Shown piece after piece: positions 23,805 to 33,608 of a stretch of DNA of 64,000 nucleotides. Made by a program: the position numbers and the translations under genes. The stretch's first letter is position 1, and the number at the start of each line of letters is the position of its first letter. The notes under the pieces are model-generated. The model searched no databases. It was given only the letters and a program-made list of their open reading frames with translations, and had not been told where the DNA came from. This DNA is from a bacterium (lineage in GTDB: Bacteria; Hinthialibacterota; Hinthialibacteria; Hinthialibacterales; Hinthialibacteraceae): positions 63,326-127,325 of the forward strand of contig CAXXSM010000105.1 in NCBI GenBank assembly GCA_963663405.2. Direction: 5' to 3'.

Positions 23805-24744
23805 ATGAAAACAGATTGGAATGGAATAACGCAGTCCCCTGATTCACCAACATTGTATACTGCCAACCGTGTGGCTCTTCAAGAACGATATCCAGAGTAT
23901 ACTGCCCAGTGGCCTTCTCCTCCGCAGGATATCGTTCGCGCGCCCCGCTCTGATGGATATTATTCGGCCCGGATTCAGACGCAAGATGGCGCTTATACGA
24001 TCTCCGAATTGGAGGACGTGGCGTTGGACCAATTCGCTTTCCGCCGCGAAATCCGGCGCGCGATCGATCGGGGAACGGATTTGATCTATCTGCTGGGTGT
24101 GGGATTGGGCTATCGGCTGCGCGCGGCGTGGGAGACGGTGGAATACGCTCAGCGGGGGCAATTGATTGTTCTCGAAGAGTCACTTTCGATCCTAGACGCC
24201 GCTTGCCAGTGCGCCGATCTACGGAAGGGTCATTCAATCCCCCCGCGTCGAGATCCTCGCAGCCAATCCATTGGAACCAATTCTAGAGAAGCGAATTGTA
24301 GAGCAGGTTTGGTACGGCTGCGCGAAGTGCGCGTTCTTTTGGGGGTATCAAGTTTCCCAAAAGGCGTATCAACCCCACTACGAACGGATCGCCGATAAGA
24401 TCAATGCCATCAGCGCGCATCACCACCGGGAATGTGCCGCCAACTGGAATGTATGGATTCGGCGGAAAGAGAACTGTAAAAATTTAATTAAACGAACCAT
24501 CCTTGTGTATTCAGAAGATCGAACTGGAACAGACATAGAAGAAATAAAGAAATCGCGGGAGACTGTGGAATGGATAACCATCAAAATTCCCGCAAAGGGC
24601 TATCGTTCACCGATGTACTTGATGGATCGGATCGTCAAAACCGATCCGGATGAAATCATCTGGGCTGGCGCGCCTGTGGGAACGTGGCTGCCTGTTGATT
24701 TGGTCTCAACAATCCCCATCCCAATCGGCGCGATCGAATCCTGA
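23805..24744 (+). CDS. Protein with Maf-like N-terminal domain (frameshift at about 24227-24229)
   Basis: LLGVGLGY and LIVLEES motifs; removing one G from AAGGGTC joins the two ORFs as ...DLRKVIQSPRVEILAANPLEPIL... Confidence 0.6.
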
Positions 24745-25638
24745 GAGTTCACCCAGGTTGAACTTATGCCGCAGCACCTGCATGAATGAATGATCGGGCA
24801 ATGAGATAATGGGAAGGGTTTTATCATATCGCCGGAAATAAACGCGGTCGGTGGACTGCATCGTAAAATGAATCTGCCCATCGAGAATCAAAACCAGTTC
24901 TTTCGTTCGCTCCTTGAAACAGACACACAAATCGCGTTTCCCATCAAAAACCAAGGGCCGGTTAAAAAGCGAATGAGGAGAAAGGGGTGTGACGATCAAA
25001 GCGGCGATATGCGGCTGCAGAATCGGGCCACCGGCGGAGAGAGAATGCCCTGTCGATCCGGTCGGCGTAGCCACGATCAAACCATCCGCCCGGTAAGCCA
25101 GCGCCGGTTTTCCATTTTCCTCCAAAGTCAGATCGAGCAGCCTTCCTGGTCGGGAGAGAGAAATTAATCCCTCATTCAATACGACAGTCCGAAAGACGGT
25201 TTGTTCACCATCCGGCGCAGGGCGCTTAACGATCGCTTCCAGCATATAACGTTCAATGACGCAGTGCCGATTCGCCAGAAACGCTTCTACAATGCTTTCC
25301 AGTTCACGCGCGTCACCCGCTGAAAGAAATCCAAAACCGCCTAAATTAATCCCCAACAAAGGAATTGGTGATTCCGCAATCGCGCGGGCCACACCGAGAA
25401 TTGTTCCATCCCCACCAAGCGCAAGGATCAAATCACAGTCTTTCGCCAATGATTGAATACGCCGCTTGCAAATGTCTTCACTGTCTTCTGTGCGCCGGTG
25501 TTCGGAAATGATCGCCGGTATACCCGCGTGTTGAAAAATCGCGAGCGCTTGCCGCGCCGTTTCCAGCGTATTCGTTTTCGCCGGATTGTAGATTATTAAC
25601 ACTTTCTTGATCGATGGAGATTGGATCGGTTCACTCAT
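24706..25638 (-). CDS. nadK: NAD kinase
   Basis: LGGDGT, GINLGGFGFL, LNE, ADGLIVATPTGSTGHSLSAGGP; downstream of tlyA. Confidence 0.95.
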   Translation of the reverse strand: MSEPIQSPSIKKVLIIYNPAKTNTLETARQALAIFQHAGIPAIISEHRRTEDSEDICKRRIQSLAKDCDLILALGGDGTILGVARAIAESPIPLLGINLGGFGFLSAGDARELESIVEAFLANRHCVIERYMLEAIVKRPAPDGEQTVFRTVVLNEGLISLSRPGRLLDLTLEENGKPALAYRADGLIVATPTGSTGHSLSAGGPILQPHIAALIVTPLSPHSLFNRPLVFDGKRDLCVCFKERTKELVLILDGQIHFTMQSTDRVYFRRYDKTLPIISLPDHSFMQVLRHKFNLGELSGFDRADWDGDC

Positions 25639-25853
25639 CCGCCGTTCTTTCGTTGCTGGAACCTTCGTAAAACCATGAGATAAATACGTATTGTAGTGTT
25701 CCTATCGAATAGTAAAGAGTGTACCGCAGAATAATGGACTCTCATAGAAGGCGCGGGGGAAAATGAATTTTCACGATGGAATGATGATAATTTATACAAG
25801 GAACCTTCCGGAATACCGGCTCGGTTGAATATCAATTTGAAGTTGGGATACTG

Positions 25854-26660
25854 TTACTGTTTCAACATGGAATGGGCTTCGTCCACCACCGCTTCTATGG
25901 CTTCAGGTGTGATAGAAGGCTTACCACTTTCCCGTGTGATGTAGAACAGGAATTCGATGTTCCCCGATTTTCCTTGAATCGGGGATGGGACGATTCCTTC
26001 TACGGTCCAATTCGACTGTTGGAAAAAATCCACGAGACCGAGCAGCGTTTCGAGATGGTCGTTCCGGTTTCGGACAATCCCCTTTTTCCCCACCCGTCCC
26101 TTACCGATTTCAAACTGTGGTTTGATTAAAAAGAGAGCGATTCCCTTTTCTTTGACGATCCGCATTACCGCCGGGAAGACGGTTTTGAGACTGATGAAGG
26201 AGAGATCGGCCGTCACCAGATCCACTGGTTCCCCCAAATCCTTACATTGCAAGTATCGGCAATTGGTGCGATCCATGACCACGACACGAGGATCTTGCTG
26301 CAGGCGGTACGCCAGCTGCCCATAGCCGACATCAATGGCGTACACTTTCGCCGCGCCGGATTGCAGCAGGCAGTCGGTGAATCCACCTGTTGAGGCGCCA
26401 AGATCCGCGGCGGTCCAATGCGTCACATCGATAGAGAAGCGGCGCAACGCTTCTTCCAATTTTAAACCGCCCCGGCTGACAAACCGGCTTTCCGGTTGAA
26501 TGACACGAATCGAGACGCTGGGTTTGACTTTCTGACCGGGTTTATCCACGACAATTTCATTGATTAGCACTTTTCCCGCCCGGATAAGCCGCTGGGCTTC
26601 CTCACGGTTTGCGGCTAGCTTTTGTTCGACAATTACGCGATCCAACCGGCCGGCGTCCAT
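25854..26660 (-). CDS. tlyA: TlyA family rRNA methyltransferase
   Basis: S4 domain (RLD...REEAQRLIRAGKV), FVSRGGLKL, DLGASTGGFTDCLLQ, DLSFISL, LIKPQFE, SPIQGKSGNIEF. Confidence 0.95.
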   Translation of the reverse strand: MDAGRLDRVIVEQKLAANREEAQRLIRAGKVLINEIVVDKPGQKVKPSVSIRVIQPESRFVSRGGLKLEEALRRFSIDVTHWTAADLGASTGGFTDCLLQSGAAKVYAIDVGYGQLAYRLQQDPRVVVMDRTNCRYLQCKDLGEPVDLVTADLSFISLKTVFPAVMRIVKEKGIALFLIKPQFEIGKGRVGKKGIVRNRNDHLETLLGLVDFFQQSNWTVEGIVPSPIQGKSGNIEFLFYITRESGKPSITPEAIEAVVDEAHSMLKQ

Positions 26661-26799
26661 GTTTGATTTCACAAATTTCGTCCTTGTTTTTCTGCCATCC
26701 TGACCCAGCAATTCTCACATGATGAAATGCAGTATCGTATTAAGAAGTATTTATCAATTAATTTATTAACGCGGCGTCCATACACAATCCTATCCCCAC

Positions 26800-27752
26800 T
26801 CACACATCCCTTGATTGAAAGATAGGATACCCGCATGCGGCCGCGCGGGCGCCATCATACTGCCCTTTCGCCGACGCCCACGCGAACCGGGGCGCGTTGA
26901 TCATATCCCGCAGCCTTTGACCTGACCTTTGCCGGGTATGAGAGAGATAAGCCCAATCCTTGAATGTAGTGATAAAAAAGGAACGGAGTTTTTTTGGAAT
27001 CGTGGGAACAGTCCGCACACCGAACAGCTCATACAACCGGTAATGATCGACAAACGTCCGCTTGTAAACATACTCCGCGGATCGTTGGTGAGAGTGTTCG
27101 ACTCTCGCCTCCGGCTCATAAACAATCGATCCCCCATTGACCAAAACACGGTAGGCCCATTCTAAATCCTCTCCGAACGGCGCTTCGGGAAACGGGATTT
27201 TTTCCCACACATCCCGCCGGATGAGACTGGCGACGTTATCGAAAATACACTGAGAATAGCGTTCGAGAGGATGAGCGGCGAAGAACGAATTGGCGTTTTC
27301 TATCCGGATCACACGCCGCGTCAGGAGAGCCGCTCCACCAGTTCCGCAGATCGCGCTGGACCAAAGGGGACGCGCTGTTCCGTGGGATTTGACGCGCATA
27401 CCCTCCCCAAGCCCCTTCCCGTTCAACCGAGTGGAGAAGAGTGGATAGATACGTATTGTGTAACGGGATGGCGTCTTGGGTAAACAAGGCGATCCATTGG
27501 CCTTGGGTCTCACTGACACCTAGGTTGCGAGTTCCTCCATGATTAAAAGTTGTGGGATCGATCTCCAGAATCCGGGCGCCATACGAACGAGGCCCGGTTC
27601 TGTGTGTCATCCGTTGAAATGGAATCCACAATCAGAATTTCGGTGGTTTCAAAATCCTGCTGTTTACGCAATGCGTGAAGTAAACGCGATAGATCGTTTC
27701 CCGCGTTCTTAGTTGGAATGACAATACTCAACAAACATGATGTATTATTCAT
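26800..27752 (-). CDS. Family 2 glycosyltransferase, rhamnosyltransferase-like (two frameshifts, about 27590 and 27325)
   Basis: Three consecutive frames give SIVIPTKNAG...IVDSISTD / FNHGGTRNLG...FTQDAIP...YARQIPR / FDNVASLIRR...FGEDLEWA...VEHSH. Confidence 0.8.
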
Positions 27753-28079
27753 CGGCCAAATAGTAACCCCTTGCATTTTTTTTAATGCTGGCTATATTTT
27801 CAATATAAGAACAGTATTCAGATCAAATCATAGTTGAACCATTCTTCATGCTGAGTAATTTCGTTTTTTATTTCTTATACCGTTAAATACAAAAACTGAG
27901 TCAAAGAATTGTCAATTTAAACGGCTTAATAACATGAATTGAATGACGGCATTGTACAAAAAGGAATTGAGTCTCTAAAAACAAATCGGTCAGGTAAAAA
28001 TTCACAATAGTATTCAACCAAACAAAAAGAAAATAAATACTGTGTTCAATTTATCAAGAATAAAATCTGGATTTTCAGT

Positions 28080-28099
28080 GTGTCCCCAAAAAAAGACAC
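28080..28099. promoter_or_regulatory. Palindromic candidate regulator-binding site GTGTC-N10-GACAC
   Basis: GTGTCCCCAAAAAAAGACAC in the AT-rich divergent intergenic region upstream of the Fis-HTH regulator. Confidence 0.3.
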
Positions 28100-28468
28100 C
28101 TTTCATTAAAAAGCAGTAAAGAAAGTCAATGACGCCAATTAAAATTGTTTCGTCTGTTATTATTGATATTATATCTCAATTTTCTTGTCTTGAATTGGAT
28201 CATATTCCTTGTATTCTTAAAAAAACTGATTTATTATGGAATAAAAAGTTCCGATCATTGAATCGAACTAAGACATTCAGATATACGTGCGATAGAAAGC
28301 GCCCCCGATTCTGATTCATATATAAAAAGAAAAATAGACACTATGCTTAAACCTTTGAAATTCATCATATAGGTATTCTTTGCGGGAATAATCCATTCTC
28401 GCTTTACTATTGAATTGTCTAATTCAGAAATGCGCAGTGGCAAATAAAACATGATAAGGGGAACAACA

Positions 28469-29870
28469 ATGAAAGGTAAACCGAAAGAACAAAACCCTTT
28501 AAGCGGTGTATGCGTCGCCATACTGGCGCCGAAGGGTCGAATGGGAAAGAATCTCACAGACAGTCTCACCAAACTGGGATGTGAGGTGCAACAGGCGGAG
28601 TCGTTGATCGATCTACAAGAAGCCGTGGAAAAAAATCCCGCCCAAGCATTAATCGTGGAAACCAGTTTTTGTGAGGAATTGAGGTAAAAAACAGAAGGGG
28701 AAGAGCGATGAACTGAAAAATCTCGGGGAAGAATATATCATCCTCGCCGCCGAAGAAAAAACTTCGGACGCCACAAACTGGGCGCGGAAATTGAATGGCT
28801 ATTTTCTCTCCACTCCTGTTGTCATCGAAGAACTCATTATTCTCCTTGAACGCGCGCTGGACGTTCATCTGTTACGGAAACGGCTCTCACGGTATGAAGA
28901 ACCTGAAGCGGGTCTGGAATGTTTTGGGCCCATTCATGTCAAATCCCCCGAAATGAGAGACGTCGTCCGTCTATCCCGGATCCTTGCCACACGGGATGAA
29001 TGCATCCTCTTTGTGGGAGGAATTGGAACAGGAAAAGAACTGATCGCCCGCACTCTCCATGATAACAGTTCACGTAAGTATGGCCCATTTTACTCGATCA
29101 ACTGCCGTTCGTTCTCCAATGAAGATCTCGCCATTGAACTCTTTGGAAAAGGGGAACCCGATTCAGCCGAAGCCTCCGAAGGAGAAAACCTTCTGGAAAT
29201 GTGCAAAGGCGGCACATTAATGCTCGATGAAATCGGTGTGATCTCACCCAATATCCAAGGGAAACTCCAACGCTTTTTAGAAGACGGCTCTTATACACGA
29301 GTCAACACCCGCACGGTTTGCAAAGCGGATGTGCGAATCTTCGCGGCCACTAGCGTGTCACTGGATGAAGCCGTGGCCAAAGGTGAATTTTCCGAAGACC
29401 TCTATTTCCGATTAAACCGGTTTACACTCAATCTTCCTTCCCTGCGGCGCCGGACCGAAGATATTCCCATCATGACAAAAGAAATCCTTGCGCGTATGAC
29501 CAGCGATCAAGGAGGCGAGCCACTTAAAATCACCGAAGACGCGCTGAAACTCCTGCTCGAATATCATTGGCCGGGGAATGTTCGTGAATTGGAAAATGTG
29601 CTGGAATACGCCGCCCTCGTCGCGGATAAAGGCCCTATCCAGCCCAAGCACCTGCCCAAACAATTCCACGATGAGGTGGGAAGCATCTTCGTCGGTTCCT
29701 CCGTAGATGAATTACCACCCATCAGTGAAATCGAACGCCGCTATATCCTTCGCGTCATGGAAGCGACACGGAACAATAAAGTGAAAGCCGCCGTCATCCT
29801 GGATATCAACCGGGCCACTCTCCATCGTAAACTGCAAATCTACGAGAAACAAAAAGTCGCGGAAATATAA
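28469..29870 (+). CDS. Atypical NtrC-like regulator: degenerate receiver, AAA+ and Fis HTH (frameshift at about 28682)
   Basis: GGIGTGKE Walker A, GGTLMLDEIG Walker B, FSEDLYFRLN, WPGNVRELEN, KAAVILDINRATLHRKL HTH; upstream ORF joins after removal of one base near 28682. Confidence 0.8.
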
Positions 29871-30015
29871 TCCAAATCCTATACAAGAGACAATTCTTCT
29901 CTATATGAACCGTTAAGCTCATACCTTCAAGTATGGGCTTTTTCTTTCACCTAGGAAATAGTTCGCGTCATAGGCGAATCGATAATATAATAGACGTGAC
30001 CTTCGGAGAAGACCG

Positions 30016-30711
30016 ATGGTAAACAATGAAATTGAAATAGTTCCTTCTGCAGAAATCTTGGAGAATTGGCAGGAAATTACTAATATTCTAGCTGAATTGA
30101 CAGGAATCCGCGCCGCGCTAATTATGCGGTTTTTAGATCCAACGATTGAAATTTTCGTTTCAAGCAAAGGCGAAGGCAATCCCTATAAACCAGGAGACAA
30201 GGAAACATTGTTCGATTCTGGCTTGTATTGTGAAACAGTTATCAAGACGCAAGAGAAACTCCTCGTCCCTGACGCCTTGGCCAGCGAAAAATGGAAAAAC
30301 AATCCAGACATCAAGCTCAACATGGTTTCCTATTTGGGCTTTCCTATTCTCTTACCAGATAAAAAACCGTTTGGAACTCTTTGCATATTGGATAACAAAC
30401 CAAATCAGTACTCAAACACAATTGAAAATTTAATGTCAAAATTTCGTCACATGTTAGAATCACATCTCGAGATTCTTTATATAAATCAAATACTTGGAGA
30501 CAAGAACAAACAACTTAACGACTATTTAATGGAAATCCAAACGCTGCGCGGCTTTGTACCTATATGCGCAAACTGCAAGGATATACGAGACGATCAGAAT
30601 AATTGGCGTCCTCTAGAGTATTATTTTCGAAATCCAGACACGAAATTCACTCACAGTATTTGTCCAAAATGCTCAAAAAAGTTATACCCGAATATTGATA
30701 TTAATACATGA
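30016..30711 (+). CDS. GAF domain protein with C-terminal Cys-rich tail
   Basis: GLYCETVI...LLVPDAL...W..NPD...SYLGFPI..PD..PFGTLCILD (GAF); tail PICANCKDIRD...THSICPKC. Confidence 0.8.
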   Translation: MVNNEIEIVPSAEILENWQEITNILAELTGIRAALIMRFLDPTIEIFVSSKGEGNPYKPGDKETLFDSGLYCETVIKTQEKLLVPDALASEKWKNNPDIKLNMVSYLGFPILLPDKKPFGTLCILDNKPNQYSNTIENLMSKFRHMLESHLEILYINQILGDKNKQLNDYLMEIQTLRGFVPICANCKDIRDDQNNWRPLEYYFRNPDTKFTHSICPKCSKKLYPNIDINT

Positions 30712-30873
30712 AATCTACATCGTCTCTCTTTGTAATGACAATCTCTATGAATCCTTTAATAGCGAGGGATTGATTTCAGTCAAGCCGACCAATACTATCA
30801 CAAAGATACATCCTCGATTTTTCGCCAAACATAGTAAATCCCACTTTGGGTAAACAGAATAATAAAAGCAAGA

Positions 30874-32715
30874 ATGAGAATTCTTTTTGTTAACCATACA
30901 TTCCCCCCTGAAAGTTACGCTGGTTCGGAACTGTGTGTTTTAAATTTGGCGCATGAATTGCAGCGCCGGGGCCATCAGACCGCCGCGTTCTATCGATACG
31001 CCGATCCAACAGACGAAGAATACCGGATTCGATCCGGCTCGTTTGAATCAATCCCTATACATAAAATCAATCATACATTCCGGTTTATCGATACCTTCCA
31101 ATCGATCTATGTCAATTCAGCGATCGCGGCTAAATTCTCGCATCTCCTCTATGAATTCAAACCCGATGTCGTACATTTTCACCATCTCACCAATCTGTCA
31201 CTCTCCCTCGCGCATGAAGCAAAAATGTACGGAGCCGCCGCCATCATGACGTTGCACGATTACTGGCTTTTATGCCAGCGGGGTCAGCTGTTAAAACAAG
31301 ATCTCAGCCTCTGTGCGGGGCCCAGTGAGGAGGATTGCCGATCCTGCCTCGCAATACAACTTCTGCGGGGTACCGCGCAGCGCTGCGCCGCAGGATTGTT
31401 TAAACGAAGCGTCAAACGATCGCGCCCTGAGGAAAAAGTGTATGACCTGATGGATCTGAGAAAGGCCGAACGCAAGACTCCAGATCCTAATTTCATCAGT
31501 CAGGCTGTATTTGATCTCGGAGGGGATTCGGTTCCCGCGCTGCTGACTCATCCTCCCGCGGAACTCATCTATCCGATCCAGTTAAACCGCCCAGCCCGTC
31601 TGCGCAGCGCGGTGGCCATGCATCCTTCCACATTCGATTGCGAAGGAGGCGGTGTGCGATTTGAAGTTTTACGCAATCAATCGGTTCTGTTTTCACGCGC
31701 GATCGATGCAAAACAAAACCATGATCATCGGCGATGGTTTCCGTTTGACATCGCGCTCGATCCATCCGATCGAGAGGACGATTGCTTAACCCTTCGCGTT
31801 CACGCGGAAAATCCGGAAAACAATCAATTTTGTTCGGCGGGGTGGCGGGAACCTTCGATCGTATATATTGACGGTCCAGATTTTCCACGCAAATTAGAAT
31901 CTCCCCGAAAACGTCAATTACGCTCGCTAATCTATCAAGCCGCCTACGTAGCCGCTGGGGCCGCCGCCGCATTCTCCCCCAAAGCCAGGGAAGGCATTCG
32001 CCACCGCCGCAACTGGATAAACCGGATCATCAACGAGATGGATCAATTTATTTCGCCCTCCCGTTTCTTGATGGAATTCTTCCTCCGGCATGGCATGCCG
32101 GAAGAGAAGATCGTTTTTTCGGATAATGGTTTCATCCGGCCCGAAATTGAGCCAAAAGCCCCTGTCGGTTCCCCGATCCGGTTTGGATACATTGGTACCT
32201 GGATTCCATCAAAGGGAGTGGATATCGCGCTACAGGCATTCGAGAAAATCGATCCAGCGAAAGCGAAATTAACCATACATGGATTCTTTCCCGGTTTCGA
32301 TGGCTATGAAGACTATGAGACACAACTTCGAGCCATGGCGGGACCGGCGGTGGAATTTCATGGACGGTACGATCCGAAGGATGTCTATAGTCTCCTTGCA
32401 GAGATGGATTGCCTCATCGTACCTTCGATCTGGTGGGAAAATTCTCCTCTTACCACCCATGAAGCGTTTCTGGCCCACGTTCCTTTAATCGTTGCGGACG
32501 TTGGAGGTATGGCGGAACAGGTCAAACAGGGCGGTGGCCTTTTGTTCCGGCATCGTGATTTCACCAGTTTGCGAATGGTGATTGAAACAATCATTCAAGA
32601 ACCCACAATCTTAGACAATCTACGAGCGGAGATTCCCGATGTAAAATCCGTCCGCCGTCATGCGGATGAATTGATCGAAATTTACACCAACGCTCTGAAT
32701 AAGAAAGAAGAATAA
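30874..32715 (+). CDS. Family 4 glycosyltransferase with inserted domain
   Basis: FPPESYAGSE, PDVVHFHHL, MTLHDYWLLC, FISPSRF, GYIGT...KG, VPSIWWENSPL..HEA. Confidence 0.88.
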   Translation: MRILFVNHTFPPESYAGSELCVLNLAHELQRRGHQTAAFYRYADPTDEEYRIRSGSFESIPIHKINHTFRFIDTFQSIYVNSAIAAKFSHLLYEFKPDVVHFHHLTNLSLSLAHEAKMYGAAAIMTLHDYWLLCQRGQLLKQDLSLCAGPSEEDCRSCLAIQLLRGTAQRCAAGLFKRSVKRSRPEEKVYDLMDLRKAERKTPDPNFISQAVFDLGGDSVPALLTHPPAELIYPIQLNRPARLRSAVAMHPSTFDCEGGGVRFEVLRNQSVLFSRAIDAKQNHDHRRWFPFDIALDPSDREDDCLTLRVHAENPENNQFCSAGWREPSIVYIDGPDFPRKLESPRKRQLRSLIYQAAYVAAGAAAAFSPKAREGIRHRRNWINRIINEMDQFISPSRFLMEFFLRHGMPEEKIVFSDNGFIRPEIEPKAPVGSPIRFGYIGTWIPSKGVDIALQAFEKIDPAKAKLTIHGFFPGFDGYEDYETQLRAMAGPAVEFHGRYDPKDVYSLLAEMDCLIVPSIWWENSPLTTHEAFLAHVPLIVADVGGMAEQVKQGGGLLFRHRDFTSLRMVIETIIQEPTILDNLRAEIPDVKSVRRHADELIEIYTNALNKKEE

Positions 32716-32716
32716 T

Positions 32717-33487
32717 ATGAGTTCGTCTCCGGATGAACATGTCTACAACGCGTTTGCGTCGATCTACGACCGGGTGATGCGGGATGTGGATTATGATTCC
32801 TGGTCACGTCATATTCTCAATCTCGCGGAACGCTATGACGTGAAAGTGAACAAAATCCTCGAGCTGGCCTGTGGAACAGGCAGTATGATCCTGCGGCTGG
32901 CGTCAATGGGCTATCAAATCATTGGCGTCGATCGATCGAAATCCATGCTGGATTTGGCGCAAGAGAAGCTAACCAATGCGGGAATCGACGCCCCTCTTTT
33001 GGAAGGGATGATGGAATCCTTTTCTCACCTCGGCTTGGCGAAGGATTTCGATTTGATCGCCTGCCTTTACGACAGTCTCAATTACATCTTGGAAGAAGAA
33101 GGCGTCATACAATGTTTTGAAGAAGCGAACCTTCACTTGCGTCCGGGAGGCGCGTTTATCTTCGATGTCACCTCCGAATATAACCTGTTGCACAATTTCG
33201 CCGGCTACACATATGCGGAGAATTTTGAAGACGCGTCGTATATTTGGGAGAATGAATACAACATAGCTAAAAAACTCTGCAAGTCGAAAGTAACGATCTT
33301 TACTCACGTTGATGACCGGTATTACAAACACGTCGAAATGCACAAACAACGAGTGTATTCCACCAAATGGCTTACCAAAAAACTGGAAGAAAAAGGATTC
33401 CAGGTCAAGGGTACATTCCACAATTTAACAACCAAACCCGTCCAAACCAAATGCGAACGGATTCATTTTGTTTGTGTGAAGGTGTGA
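32717..33487 (+). CDS. Class I SAM-dependent methyltransferase
   Basis: FASIYD..M..VDY, ILELACGTG motif I, GVDRSKSML, DSLNY, LRPGGAFIFD. Confidence 0.9.
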   Translation: MSSSPDEHVYNAFASIYDRVMRDVDYDSWSRHILNLAERYDVKVNKILELACGTGSMILRLASMGYQIIGVDRSKSMLDLAQEKLTNAGIDAPLLEGMMESFSHLGLAKDFDLIACLYDSLNYILEEEGVIQCFEEANLHLRPGGAFIFDVTSEYNLLHNFAGYTYAENFEDASYIWENEYNIAKKLCKSKVTIFTHVDDRYYKHVEMHKQRVYSTKWLTKKLEEKGFQVKGTFHNLTTKPVQTKCERIHFVCVKV

Positions 33488-33505
33488 TTGGATGGGAGAT
33501 AGATC

Positions 33506-33540
33506 AAAGACGATTCATTACGAAAACGTGAATCGTCTTT
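33506..33540. terminator. Inverted repeat, likely terminator 1 between convergent genes
   Basis: AAAGACGATTCA (33506-33517) / TGAATCGTCTTT (33529-33540), perfect 12-bp stem. Confidence 0.6.
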
Positions 33541-33548
33541 CTAATAGC

Positions 33549-33594
33549 AAACGCGATCAACACCAAAATCTTAAATGTTGATCGCGTTTTTTTT
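33549..33594. terminator. Rho-independent (possibly bidirectional) terminator 2
   Basis: AAACGCGATCAACA / TGTTGATCGCGTTT 14-bp stem running into a T8 tract. Confidence 0.8.
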
Positions 33595-33608
33595 AAATCG
33601 TTATATCC

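Noticed and set aside
28255-28572. 105-aa minus-strand ORF in the AT-rich region
   Set aside because: Overlaps the regulator start, no motif; more likely promoter DNA
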